DNA of 63,513 nt, the filler included. It is 9 parts of 9 records of this genome, joined end to end, with 100 filler letters (N's around TTAATTAATTAA, not from the genome) between each part and the next. Parts side by side here need not be neighbours in the genome. Positions count along the whole stretch, not along the records: positions 26,904 to 33,427 come from SRR31156797_73115; positions 33,528 to 38,844 come from SRR31156797_73134; positions 38,945 to 46,546 come from SRR31156797_73139; 6 more parts are not named here. One strand, 5' to 3'. Made by a program: the position numbers and the translations under genes. This document shows positions 28,781-39,154 of the stretch, piece after piece. The notes under the pieces were generated by a model. It was not told where the DNA came from and did no database searches. It worked only from the letters and a program-made list of their open reading frames with translations. Positions within the stretch are counted from its first letter, which is position 1; every line of letters starts with the position of its first letter.

Positions 28781-29713
28781 ATGGAAACACGTTTAGAAAA
28801 ATATTCAAAAGGGTCTGCCGGGAGGCATGAAACCTTCGTCCTTAGATACGGATGGCTGACAAAAGGGTACGTAAATTGTATAGAAGATCCTGGTGTGTTT
28901 AAGGGCGATAAGGGTGTTGTTGCACTTGGTGTCGGCAAAAATATGGTACGCTCCATCCGGTTCTGGTGCATATTTTTGGGGCTTCTCAGGGTTGCTGAAA
29001 AAGGGAATTTGATACCTACAGAACTTGGGGAAAAGCTGATAGGCAAAAAACTGCCTGGAACCAATAAAATGGACTGGAAATCGGGGTGGGACCCTTATCT
29101 TGAAGACGAGGCCAGTCTCTGGCTGCTGCACTGGCAGATTTTTATCCATCCGGAAATAGCTGTCTCCTGGCCCCTGGTTTTTAATTTTTCAGCACTTCAA
29201 ACCTTCTCGCAAAAGGAACTGGGTGCAGGAATTATAAAAGTGGCATCCGATGATGAGCGGTTGAATAAGCTTTCGCCAAATTCATATATGAAGGATGCTG
29301 CCTGCATTCTTCATATGTACCGGCCCCCGGCCGACAAAGATGGTGAGATCCATTGTCCCTTTAATTCCCTTGGGATAATGGAAAGGACCCAGGAAAAGGG
29401 TCAGTTTCGGTTTTCCGTTAAAGAACGCCTTAACCTGCCGGCGTTGATTTTTCTTGCGGCTTGTTTTTCATTTATTGAGTCCTCGGACATATCCGGTAAA
29501 ACGGTCAAATTGAGCACCATTGCCTATGACAATGATTCGCCGGGAGTGGCGTTTAAGCTTTCGGAAACTGAATGCGGCAAGCTTCTCAATCAGGCGGTAG
29601 CTTATTTTGAAGATCTGCATTTTATAGAATCCACCGGCACCTGGCAATTGCATTTTAAAGAGGCCCCCGGGGATTGGTATTGGAAATGCCTGGCAGCATA
29701 TTATGGAGAGTAG
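28781..29713 (+). CDS. DUF4007 family protein (SspB-like)
   Basis: HETFVLRYGWLTKG...LGVGKNMVRSIRFW...WDPYLED.ASLWLLHW, the DUF4007 signature. Confidence 0.88.
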   Translation: METRLEKYSKGSAGRHETFVLRYGWLTKGYVNCIEDPGVFKGDKGVVALGVGKNMVRSIRFWCIFLGLLRVAEKGNLIPTELGEKLIGKKLPGTNKMDWKSGWDPYLEDEASLWLLHWQIFIHPEIAVSWPLVFNFSALQTFSQKELGAGIIKVASDDERLNKLSPNSYMKDAACILHMYRPPADKDGEIHCPFNSLGIMERTQEKGQFRFSVKERLNLPALIFLAACFSFIESSDISGKTVKLSTIAYDNDSPGVAFKLSETECGKLLNQAVAYFEDLHFIESTGTWQLHFKEAPGDWYWKCLAAYYGE

Positions 29714-29716
29714 GCT

Positions 29717-32700
29717 GTGTACTTAAGCAAGTTTATACATATAGATAATAAAATAGCCCGTTCTGTTAACCTGGAGCGGGATGCGTCAAATATCGGCCAG
29801 ATCCGGCAATTCCAGATCACCCGTATGGCCCGGCAGGTTATAGAGGGGTTTGTGGACGCCTTAGAAGGAGATCCGGAATCCGCATGGTCGTTGACCGGGC
29901 CCTATGGCACCGGGAAATCCTCTTTTTGTAATTTTCTATTTGCATTATGTAGCGGGCCCAATGCTGCAATGAAAAAGGCGGCCTTTGAGAAGCTTGAAAA
30001 GCGGGATGCAAATCTGTTTCAAAGGTTTACCGCTGCCAGGAAAAAGGTTGGCGGAAAAAAAGGCTTTCTCCAACTTCGGGCAGTATCCAGGTATGAATCG
30101 CTAAACAACACCCTTATAAGGGGGCTTGAAGAGGCGTTGGCAGGTTATCACGGCGATGGGGCCGCCGCCTTGCTGGCCACTATCAGAGAGATCAAAAAAG
30201 CGCCTGTTGTTTTAACTTCGGATATCCATGACCTATTGATTCGGGCTGCCGAGGTGACCGGAAAGAAATTGTTGATTGTCATTGATGAGTTCGGCAAAAA
30301 CCTGGAATTTATGTCCCACAATCCATCGTCGGGGGATATCTTTATTTTACAGGCATTGGCGGAGAGCAGCTTTGCGTATCTGTGGGTCTGTCTCCACCAG
30401 GCGTTCAGTGATTATGCATCAGGGTTGTCCATGGTGCAGCGCAATGAGTGGCAAAAGGTCCAGGGCCGGTTTAAAGACATCTCGTACCTTGAGCCACCCT
30501 CCCATGTCATTGGGTTGATTTTAAGGGCCGTCAGGCATAATTTTAAGGCAGCGGGTGATATTCAGCCGGCCCTGGCACAATGGGCCAAAGTCCAGACGGA
30601 TTTGATGGCTGATGTAAATATAAAGGGGGTGCCCGGCATGGTCCTGGAAAAGATAACGCGGTTGTACCCGTTTTCCCCCCTTTCAGCAGTGGTGCTCGGG
30701 GAATTGAGCCACCGGTTCGCCCAGAACGACAGAACCATATTTTCCTTTTTGTCCGGCAATGCCCAAAAATCATTTTCGGGCTTTCTTTCAGGGCACAATG
30801 TAAAAAAAGAACAGCCCTTACCTTGCCTGAGCCTGGACTGGCTTTACGATTATTTTTGCGAAATAACCACCCAGGTATATGGAGACCGGTCGGCCACCCA
30901 ACGGTGGATTGAGATCCAATCCCTGATTACCGACCATGAAAGCGGCCCGGAGGATGAGCTAAAACTGTTGAAGACCATTGGCGTTCTGAATCTTTTAAGT
31001 AAGGTGCCGGGTATTAAAGCCTCCCTGCCAATGATCGAATCCGCCATGGGGGCCGGTTACAATGGGGAAAGAAAAAAGATTCGTAAAGCCCTGAACCGCC
31101 TGGTGGATAAAAAAGTGGTCCTTTACCGTGATTATGCCGATGAGTACCGGCTCTGGGAGGGAACAGATTTTGACATTGAAAATGCGGTAAGGGAAGAACG
31201 GGCCAGGTTATCCCTGGGCACCCTGGAACATATGCTGCAAATCGCTGCGCCCCTGCCCAGGGTGATTGCTGCCCGGCATTCTTTTCAGACCGGTGCCGTC
31301 CGGGAATTCAAACAAACCTGGACCTCCCTGGATCTAATGGCGGAGCGCGGGGATAAAGAACTGGTTCCCTGCAAGAGTGCCGACGGTCAGATATGGCTGG
31401 TTATCGGAAAGGAAGATTTTCCCGAGGACCTGGCTGCAACAACCAAAGATAAGCCTGTGATTATCGGCTATGCCCCCTGTGAGTCCCAGGTGGTGGAATT
31501 GGCATTGGATGCGGCCGCAGCAAAAAAGGTGTTTCAGTCCCATACCCAGCTTTCCAGGGATGGGGTCGCACGCAGGGAAGCCCGCTTCCGTGCCGATGCC
31601 GCCGAAGCTGCCCTGAACCGCTATTTGACAGACCTGGTTGCACCGGCAAGCGGGAAGATGAAATGGTTTGCCTGCGGCAATCCCGTTGATATGGTGAAGC
31701 GCCGCGGGGGGATATCATCCCTGGTGTCCAAGGTTTGCGATGGAATATATAGTAAATGCCCCAGGGTTCATATGGAGATGATCAACCATAACCGGCTGAC
31801 ATCGGCCGGTGCCCGAGCCCAGCGGATGTTAATGGAAGCTATGGTTACCAGCGAATCCCAAGAGGATTTGGGTCTTGAAGGGTTTGGACCGGAAAAAGCC
31901 ATTTACCTGGCCATGTTTTCATCCACCGGCCTCCATGGATTTGATGAAGAAAAAAATATCTGGCAGCTCAAGTCCCCTGATCCCAAAAATGAGGCCCATG
32001 CCCGATTGGCCATGGTGTGGGAGACATTGGACCGGGTACTGAAGGAGGCCGAAGAGCAGGACAAAGGGGTTTCCCTTGCCGATTTGATTCACATTCTTCA
32101 GGCACCGCCCTATGGGTTGAGAAAAGGGCCGATCTCTATTTTCCTCTGCCATTATATCCTGGTCAATAATGACAGGGTGGCCCTTTACCAGGAAGGGGCA
32201 TTCCAACCCTTTTTCGGTGGGGCTGAAGCCGCTTTGATGGTGAAACGGCCGGAGCTTTTCCAGTTGCGGCGGTATTCCTTGGAAGGGGGGCACAGGGATG
32301 TGGTCCAGGCATATATGCGGGTGTTTGATACAGGAGTACTTGAATTTGATGAAACTGCTCGTAATCAGTCCCTGCTGAAAATTATCGGTCCCCTGGTGGA
32401 ATTTATGGAGGCCCTGCCGGAGTATTCCCTGTACACGAGGGAAATCTCCCAAGGTGCCCAGAGGCTGCGCAGCATGGTACTCCACTCCAGGGAGCCCTTG
32501 ACCCTATTATTTAACGATATACCCAAAGCCCTAGGGCTGCCGGTGTTGACCCCCGGGGAAAAGGATTCCAGTTGTAAAATAGACCTGCATTCAAAATTGC
32601 ACGGTGCCCTGATGGAACTGGCCGATGCCTTTAAGGCGCTGAATGATGCAGTAAAATGCTCCATACAGGAATCGTTTGGTTTGGATGATGGGCTAACCTT

Positions 32701-33157
32701 CAACCAATTCAGACAGGAATTTCAGCAGCGCATCGCCCCCCTTGAAAAGCCTTGCGGAGATAAGGCGTTGAAAACAGTGTTAAAGACCATGCTCAACAGC
32801 CGCCACGATGATGACCGCTGGGCTGCGGGCATTGCAGGGGTGATCATGAAAAAACCCCTGGATGCTTGGCGGGATAATGATGTAGCCCCCTGGTACGTGG
32901 GAATTCAGGATATTGCAGATCGAATTCTTGCATTTGAAACCCTGGTGAAAGATCGTGGGAACACCAAAGATAAAAACCGGACCAGTTTCAGTTTAACCCG
33001 GGTAAACGGCAGGACGGAGTCGCTTATCGTTAACATATCCGAGGAACAAAAAAAGAAGCTACGTGAACAATATCCCGATCTTGAAACGCTGAATGACGAG
33101 GACAAGAAATCCCTTTGTGCGCTTTTGTTGGAAGAATTGGGTAAAGATGATGAATAG
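29717..33157 (+). CDS. Large P-loop ATPase (SspC-like)
   Basis: RSVNLERD, Walker A GPYGTGKS, Walker B VIDEFGK, EWQKVQGRF, AQNDRTIFSFL and PPYGLRKG. 1146 aa, located between DUF4007 and the PAPS reductase. Confidence 0.85.
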   Translation: MYLSKFIHIDNKIARSVNLERDASNIGQIRQFQITRMARQVIEGFVDALEGDPESAWSLTGPYGTGKSSFCNFLFALCSGPNAAMKKAAFEKLEKRDANLFQRFTAARKKVGGKKGFLQLRAVSRYESLNNTLIRGLEEALAGYHGDGAAALLATIREIKKAPVVLTSDIHDLLIRAAEVTGKKLLIVIDEFGKNLEFMSHNPSSGDIFILQALAESSFAYLWVCLHQAFSDYASGLSMVQRNEWQKVQGRFKDISYLEPPSHVIGLILRAVRHNFKAAGDIQPALAQWAKVQTDLMADVNIKGVPGMVLEKITRLYPFSPLSAVVLGELSHRFAQNDRTIFSFLSGNAQKSFSGFLSGHNVKKEQPLPCLSLDWLYDYFCEITTQVYGDRSATQRWIEIQSLITDHESGPEDELKLLKTIGVLNLLSKVPGIKASLPMIESAMGAGYNGERKKIRKALNRLVDKKVVLYRDYADEYRLWEGTDFDIENAVREERARLSLGTLEHMLQIAAPLPRVIAARHSFQTGAVREFKQTWTSLDLMAERGDKELVPCKSADGQIWLVIGKEDFPEDLAATTKDKPVIIGYAPCESQVVELALDAAAAKKVFQSHTQLSRDGVARREARFRADAAEAALNRYLTDLVAPASGKMKWFACGNPVDMVKRRGGISSLVSKVCDGIYSKCPRVHMEMINHNRLTSAGARAQRMLMEAMVTSESQEDLGLEGFGPEKAIYLAMFSSTGLHGFDEEKNIWQLKSPDPKNEAHARLAMVWETLDRVLKEAEEQDKGVSLADLIHILQAPPYGLRKGPISIFLCHYILVNNDRVALYQEGAFQPFFGGAEAALMVKRPELFQLRRYSLEGGHRDVVQAYMRVFDTGVLEFDETARNQSLLKIIGPLVEFMEALPEYSLYTREISQGAQRLRSMVLHSREPLTLLFNDIPKALGLPVLTPGEKDSSCKIDLHSKLHGALMELADAFKALNDAVKCSIQESFGLDDGLTFNQFRQEFQQRIAPLEKPCGDKALKTVLKTMLNSRHDDDRWAAGIAGVIMKKPLDAWRDNDVAPWYVGIQDIADRILAFETLVKDRGNTKDKNRTSFSLTRVNGRTESLIVNISEEQKKKLREQYPDLETLNDEDKKSLCALLLEELGKDDE

Positions 33158-33427
33158 TAAAAAAGAGAGGCATATTTTAGCGTTGTCGGGAGGGAAAGAT
33201 AGCGCCGCCCTCGCGGTTTATATGCGGGAGAAATATTCTGATCTGCCTTTGGAATATGTATTTACTGACAGTGGACATGAACTCCCTGAAACATATGAAT
33301 ATCTTGAAACGCTTCGGGCTAAGTTAAATATAGATATTATTACTGTTAAGCCAAAAAAGAATTTTGAATATTGGCTTAAGTATTTTAACGGGGTTTTGCC
33401 GTCTGCTAACAATCGTTGGTGTACAAG
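33147..33427 (+). CDS. PAPS-reductase-family protein (SspD/DndC-like), 3'-truncated
   Basis: PP-loop LSGGKDS, FTDSGHELPETYEYL and LPSANNRWCT. Overlaps the ATPase stop. Confidence 0.88.
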
Positions 33428-33527
33428 NNNNNNNNNNNNNNNNNNNNNNNNNNNNNNNNNNNNNNNNNNNNTTAATTAATTAANNNNNNNNNNNNNNNNN
33501 NNNNNNNNNNNNNNNNNNNNNNNNNNN

Positions 33528-34200
33528 AGGGATCGGCATGACGGAAAACACCTCCTTTACCAATATCAACCGGAATGACAACTACCGGTTCGGCTGGGTG
33601 GGCCAGCCCGGACCCGGCATTGAACAGAAAATCGCCGAGGACGGGGAGGTGATGTTCAAGGGGCCCAATGTGATGAAGGAATACTATAAAATGCCGGAAA
33701 AAACCGCCGAAACCATCACCCAAGACGGCTGGCTCTATACCGGGGACATGGGGGAAATTGACCGGGAGAACTTTTTAAAAATAACCGGGAGAAAAAAGGA
33801 TCTCATCATCACCGCCGGCGGAAAGAACATCGCCCCCTCTGCCATTGAAGGGGTGATGGCCACCTCCAAATACATCAACCAGATCTGCATTGTCGGGGAC
33901 AGGAAAAAATTCCTCTCGGCCATTGTCACCATTGACCCGGATACGGTTCCCGCATATGCCCGGGAAAAGGGAATCGGCTTTGACACCATTGAGGACCTGG
34001 CAAAGAATCCCCGGATCCGGGACCTCATAGAGGCTGAGATCAATGAAAAAAATAAAAACTTTGCCTCCTTTGAAACCGTCAAAAAAATCGTCATAGTTCC
34101 TGAGTTCACCATTGCCAACGGCCTGATCACCCCTACCCTCAAACTGAAAAAAAGCATTATCATGGATAAGTATGAAAAGGAAATCACTGCCTTGTATTGA
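33528..34200 (+). CDS. Long-chain fatty acid-CoA ligase, C-terminal part
   Basis: GMTE, GPNVMKEYY, GWLYTGDMG, ITGRKKDLIITAGGKNIAP and TPTLKLK. Confidence 0.9.
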
Positions 34201-34255
34201 CCGCCGGGGTACAAAATTCATATTGACATTTCCCCCATATCCTGGATGATATGCC

Positions 34256-36142
34256 ATGGAAATAGAACTCTTTGAAATCCGGAACCATATAGCCGCCCAC
34301 CCCCCTTTCCGATCCCTGCCCGGGCAGGAGGTGGACCGCCTGGTCTCCCATGTCCGGGTGGCCTATTTTAAATCCGGCACCATGATCCTTGAAAAGGGGC
34401 AGACCGCCGAATACCTCCACCTGATCCGGAAGGGGGCTGTGGAAATTTTCAGGAGCTCGGGGGAACTGCTCATGCGAATGGGGGAAGGGGAATGCTTCGG
34501 CCAGTTCGCCCTGATGCGGAAAAAAAAGGTGAGGTACCCGGCAAAGGCCATTGAAGACACCCTGGTCTACCTCATCCCGGATGCCCTGTTCCAGGATCTT
34601 CTCGACCGGTTTGACCGGTTTGCCGACTTTATGGAGGAAGACAACAGCGCCAGGCTGCAGAATGCCCTGGTACGGCAGACAGACCAGGGGAGCCGGGACA
34701 CCCCCCTGATGTTTTCAAAACTGGGCTCCCTGCTCCACAGCGAAATCATTACCGCCCCCCCGGATGTCAGCGTCCGGGAGGCCGCTCAGATCATGACCCG
34801 GAACCGGGTATCCTCCCTGGTGCTTTTATCGGAAAAAGACGGGGTGCCCTCCATTGACGGACTGCTCACAGACCGGGACCTGAGAAGGCGGGTCATCGTC
34901 AAAGGCCTTGATCTGACCATCCCGGTCTCGGACATCATGTCCCGGGACATCATCACCCACCAGGCCGGGGACTTTGCCTTTGAGGCCATGCTGACCATGA
35001 TGCGCCACAACCTCCACCATCTGCCCATTTTGGACAATGCCCTACCCGTGGGCATGATCACGGTGTCAGACCTCATTCAATACGCCTCCCACGGCTCTGT
35101 CTTCATTGTGGGGGATATTTTCCGGAAACAAACCGTGGATGAACTGGCCGACCTGGCCCCGGACATCCAGCGGCTTTTTGTTCAGCTGGTGAACGAAGGA
35201 GCCAATTCCCACACCATCGGCGCAGCCCTGGCCCGCATCGGCATCAGCCTTTCCCAGCGCCTGCTCCGGCTGGGGGAGAAAGAATTCGGTCCGCCCCCGG
35301 TGCCATACTGCCTCCTGGCCCTGGGATCCATGGCCAGGGATGAACTCACCCTGCTCACGGACCAGGACAACGCCTTTGTCCTGGACGACGCCTTTGATCC
35401 GGATACCCACGATCCCTATTTCAAAAACCTGGCCGCCTTTCTCAGCAAGGGTCTGGACCGCTGCGGCCTGGCCTATTGCACGGGCAATATCATGGCCACC
35501 AACCCCCAGTGGCGCCAGCCCCTGGACGCCTGGAAAGCCCAGTTTTCAGACTGGATCGACCACCCCGATCCCCAGGCCCTGCTCAATGCCTCCATTTTTT
35601 TCGATCTTGAGGGGATATACGGGGAAACACCCCTTGCCCATGAGCTGAGGCAGCTCATCCGGGACAAAGCCATGGCCAGCCCCAGGTTCCTGACCTGCCT
35701 GGCCAGAAATGCCCTGCTCAGAAAACCGCCCCTGGGGTTTTTCAGGCAGTTCGTCCTGGAGCCGGACGGGGAGTATAAACATAGTTTCAACCTGAAACGG
35801 CGGGGTACAGCCCCCATCTCCGACCTGGTCAGGGTCCATGCCCTGGCCTGCGGCACCACCAAGACCAATACGGAGAACCGGCTGGAAGAAATCAAAAAAA
35901 CAGACCTGCTCACCAAAGGGGTAGGAGATGACCTGCTGGACGCCATGGAATTCATTGCCATGGTCCGCATCCGCCACCAGGCCCGGCAGGCGGAATCCGA
36001 CCAAAAACCGGACAACAACGTAAAACCCGCCACCCTGTCAACCTTTGAACGCCGCCACCTCAAGGATGCCTTCCAGATTGTGGCCCAGGCCCAGGACTTT
36101 CTCAAATTCAGGTATAATGCCGGCAGGGGCGGCGCCCGATGA
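34256..36142 (+). CDS. cNMP-binding + CBS + DUF294 nucleotidyltransferase-like protein
   Basis: cNMP domain (GECFGQFAL), tandem CBS domains, NTase LGSMARDE..LTDQDN and DUF294_C (PPLGFFRQF..NLKRRG). Confidence 0.92.
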   Translation: MEIELFEIRNHIAAHPPFRSLPGQEVDRLVSHVRVAYFKSGTMILEKGQTAEYLHLIRKGAVEIFRSSGELLMRMGEGECFGQFALMRKKKVRYPAKAIEDTLVYLIPDALFQDLLDRFDRFADFMEEDNSARLQNALVRQTDQGSRDTPLMFSKLGSLLHSEIITAPPDVSVREAAQIMTRNRVSSLVLLSEKDGVPSIDGLLTDRDLRRRVIVKGLDLTIPVSDIMSRDIITHQAGDFAFEAMLTMMRHNLHHLPILDNALPVGMITVSDLIQYASHGSVFIVGDIFRKQTVDELADLAPDIQRLFVQLVNEGANSHTIGAALARIGISLSQRLLRLGEKEFGPPPVPYCLLALGSMARDELTLLTDQDNAFVLDDAFDPDTHDPYFKNLAAFLSKGLDRCGLAYCTGNIMATNPQWRQPLDAWKAQFSDWIDHPDPQALLNASIFFDLEGIYGETPLAHELRQLIRDKAMASPRFLTCLARNALLRKPPLGFFRQFVLEPDGEYKHSFNLKRRGTAPISDLVRVHALACGTTKTNTENRLEEIKKTDLLTKGVGDDLLDAMEFIAMVRIRHQARQAESDQKPDNNVKPATLSTFERRHLKDAFQIVAQAQDFLKFRYNAGRGGAR

Positions 36143-36852
36143 GACCTCAATCCCGGCCCCTTGACTGGCAGTCACGGTTTGCCGACCTTGCCCGGGAGGC
36201 TGATGATCCCCGTTTAAAAAAATTTTACCGGGCATCCTGTGTCCATGCGCGAACACCGCTAAAACAGGTCCGCTTCCTGGCTCTGGACCTGGAGACCACA
36301 GGCCTGGATTTTGAAACCGACGCCATTGTCAGCCTGGGATTCATCCCCTTGACCTTCAACCAAATTTTCTGCGGCCCGGCCCGACACTGGATCGTCAGGT
36401 CGGAAAAGGATCCCGCCAATCCCCTTGCAGAAATCCACGGCATCACCCACAGCCGACTGGAAAAGGCGCCCGGGTTCAACGACATCCTCGACGATCTTCT
36501 GGCGGCCATGGCCGGCCATGTGATCCTGGCCCATTACAGCCGTATCGAAAGGGGATTCCTGGACAGGGCCTGCAGGTCCCTCCTTGGCCAGCCCCTGGAA
36601 TTTCCCGCCATCGATACCATGGACCTGGAAGCCCGGCGCCACCCGCCTTTTACCCCCAATATCTTCCAGCGGTGGCTCGGGACCGCCCCCAGCCCCTCCC
36701 TTCGCCTTTCCCATGCCCGGGAACGGTACGGCCTGCCCCGGTACACCCCCCACCACGCCCTCACCGACGCCCTGGCCACGGCAGAATTGTTCATGGCCCA
36801 GGTGGCGGACCAATATTCCCCGGACACACCGGTGGGAGATCTCTGGATCTGA
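36139..36852 (+). CDS. DEDDh 3'-5' exonuclease (DnaQ-like)
   Basis: ALDLETTGL, IHGIT and HHALTDA. ATGA-coupled to the DUF294 gene. Confidence 0.9.
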   Translation: MRPQSRPLDWQSRFADLAREADDPRLKKFYRASCVHARTPLKQVRFLALDLETTGLDFETDAIVSLGFIPLTFNQIFCGPARHWIVRSEKDPANPLAEIHGITHSRLEKAPGFNDILDDLLAAMAGHVILAHYSRIERGFLDRACRSLLGQPLEFPAIDTMDLEARRHPPFTPNIFQRWLGTAPSPSLRLSHARERYGLPRYTPHHALTDALATAELFMAQVADQYSPDTPVGDLWI

Positions 36853-36855
36853 ACG

Positions 36856-36888
36856 AAAAATGCCCTGTCCGGAATTCGGACAGGGCAT
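36856..36888 (-). terminator. Intrinsic terminator between convergent genes
   Basis: Perfect 12-bp stem ATGCCCTGTCCG/CGGACAGGGCAT with a U-tract on the - strand, downstream of the BCCT gene. Confidence 0.8.
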
Positions 36889-36912
36889 GGAAACTAACCG
36901 GGCAGAACCGGA

Positions 36913-38481
36913 TCAGGCAGAGGCCCTCTCCTGCATCTCATGGCGCAGCCCCATGAACAGGCTGACCAGCATGACGATCATCACCGCGGTAAAGGGCAGG
37001 CCCACGGATACGGCAATGGCCTGGATGGCACCCAGGGCGTCGGCCCCGCCTCCCACCAGCAGACAGACGGCGATCAACCCTTCCAAGGTTGCCCAGAAGA
37101 CCCTCTGGATCACGGGCGCGTCCTGTTTTCCGCCGGCAGTGATGGAATCCACCACCAGGGAACCGGAATCGCAGGAGGTGACAAAGAACACCAGAACCAG
37201 GACAATACCGATAAAGGAGGTGATACTGGTCAGGGGCAGGTTGGCCAGCATCTGGAACAGGGCCAAAGAGACTTCGCCCAGGCCTTTTTCAGCCAGGACA
37301 CCCACATTGTTCTGTATCTGATGCAGGGCGTTTCCGCCAAAGGCCTGCATCCAGCACAGGGTGAGAATGGTGGGAACCACCAATACCGCCAGCATGAATT
37401 CGCGGATGGTGCGGCCCTTGGAGATACGGGCGATGAACATGCCCACAAAGGGGGCCCAGGAAATCCACCAGGCCCAATAGAATACGGTCCAGCCCTTGTA
37501 AAATTTATCGTCTGTCCGTCCCACCCAATTACTGAGGGGGAGGATATATTCGGCATAGGCCGAACTGGTGGAAAAAAGGCCGGAGAAAAAATGAAGAATG
37601 GAACCCGCCGCAATGGTGAACAGCAGAAGGCTCAGGGCCAGGGTCATATTAATATTGGAGAGCACCTTGATGCCCCCCTCAAGTCCTCTGACCACGGAAA
37701 CGATAGCGGCCGCCGTTACCAGGGCGATGATGATGAGCTGAAGGCCCAGGGTGTTTTCAATACCGAAAATAAAATGAAGGCCCGATGCGGCCTGCTGGGC
37801 ACCGAACCCCATGGAGGTGGCCAGGCCGAAAATGGTTGCGATAACGGCCACGGTATCAATGATGTGTCCGGCCCAGCCCCATGTTTTCTCCCCGAGGAGA
37901 GGAAAAAAGCAGGACCGGATGGTCAGGGGAAGGTTTTTGTTGAATGCAAAAAAACCCAGGGAAACGGCAACCACCGCATACATGGCCCAGGGATGAAGCC
38001 CCCAGTGGAACATGGTGGCGCCCATGGCGGCCCTGGCAGCTTCCGGGGTCTTTCCGGCAACATTCAAAGGCGTGCCCCACCAGTCGGTATAATAGGCCAC
38101 GGGTTCGGCAACGCTCCAGAACATGAGCCCGATTCCCATCCCTGCGGCAAAGAGCATGGCAAACCAGGAAGCCCGGGTAAACTCCGGTGCGCAATCGTCA
38201 CCGCCCAGCCTGATCTTCCCGGCCGGCAGCACAATGAGTAAAAGGCAGGTAAGCACAAAAATATTGCCCGAAATCATGAAAAACCAGTCAAAGTTCTGTA
38301 TGGTCCAGGATTTGGAGCTGTCAAACACCTTTTTGGCCTCCACCGGATTCATCAGGGTCAAAATAATAAAGCCGATTACCACCGCCGCAGAGATGAAAAA
38401 CACCGGCCCGTGGATATCCAGGCCCCATCTCCTTGTATTGTCCTGTCCGACTTTGTAATCGGTTTCAAACCTGTCTCTCAT
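36913..38481 (-). CDS. BCCT family (betaine/choline/carnitine) transporter
   Basis: SWFAMLFAAGMGIGLMFW, FHWGLHPW and WTVFYWAWWISWAPFVGMFIARISKGRT. Confidence 0.95.
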   Translation of the reverse strand: MRDRFETDYKVGQDNTRRWGLDIHGPVFFISAAVVIGFIILTLMNPVEAKKVFDSSKSWTIQNFDWFFMISGNIFVLTCLLLIVLPAGKIRLGGDDCAPEFTRASWFAMLFAAGMGIGLMFWSVAEPVAYYTDWWGTPLNVAGKTPEAARAAMGATMFHWGLHPWAMYAVVAVSLGFFAFNKNLPLTIRSCFFPLLGEKTWGWAGHIIDTVAVIATIFGLATSMGFGAQQAASGLHFIFGIENTLGLQLIIIALVTAAAIVSVVRGLEGGIKVLSNINMTLALSLLLFTIAAGSILHFFSGLFSTSSAYAEYILPLSNWVGRTDDKFYKGWTVFYWAWWISWAPFVGMFIARISKGRTIREFMLAVLVVPTILTLCWMQAFGGNALHQIQNNVGVLAEKGLGEVSLALFQMLANLPLTSITSFIGIVLVLVFFVTSCDSGSLVVDSITAGGKQDAPVIQRVFWATLEGLIAVCLLVGGGADALGAIQAIAVSVGLPFTAVMIVMLVSLFMGLRHEMQERASA

Positions 38482-38570
38482 TGATCACACTCCCCTTCCA
38501 TATTAAAATTACCATTTTGTTCCTTAACCTAAGTCGCCGGTTTTCGGGAACCCCTTCTACCTGAGTTGCT

Positions 38571-38844
38571 TTATAATTTTTCAGTTAATGCCGGTACCAC
38601 CTCAAAAATATCCCCCACAATACCGTAATCACATTTGGTAAAGATAGGGGAATCCTTATCTTCGTTAATGGCCACGATGACCTTGGAGGTCTTCATGCCC
38701 GCAAAATGCTGAACCGCACCGGAGATCCCGCAGGCAATGTAAAGCTTGGGAGACACGGTTTTACCCGTCTGGCCCACCTGGATGGAATGGGGGGCAAACC
38801 CCGCATCAACAGCGGCCCTGGAAGCACCGACAGCCCCGCCCATT
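38571..38844 (-). CDS. etfA: Electron transfer flavoprotein alpha subunit, C-terminal part
   Basis: [34 protein letters not shown]. Confidence 0.93.
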
Positions 38845-38944
38845 NNNNNNNNNNNNNNNNNNNNNNNNNNNNNNNNNNNNNNNNNNNNTTAATTAATTAA
38901 NNNNNNNNNNNNNNNNNNNNNNNNNNNNNNNNNNNNNNNNNNNN

Positions 38945-39123
38945 AATAATCTTTTCCCGTGCAGGGATTTGTCATTATCCACAATAAACTCAATGGGGGT
39001 GTTTAATTTAGCCTTTCCGGTATAATGAATAAACTCTTCACTTCCCTTGCCGGCACCAAAGAGAATGATATTTTTCCCCTTTGCCGGCCAGGCCTCTTCG
39101 ATATTGATCCACTGGTAGGGCAT
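38945..39123 (-). CDS. Protein with N-terminal Rossmann-like domain, 3'-truncated
   Basis: IILFGAGKGS...FIVDND..LHGK, typical of glycan-cluster proteins. Confidence 0.6.
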
Positions 39124-39154
39124 TTAATTCCTTATGCGCAACACATGGTTCTGT

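Noticed and set aside
36940-38241. 433-aa ORF antisense to the BCCT gene (likewise 61329-62507 opposite glyA)
   Set aside because: Mirror-frame ORFs caused by codon bias. No family motifs.
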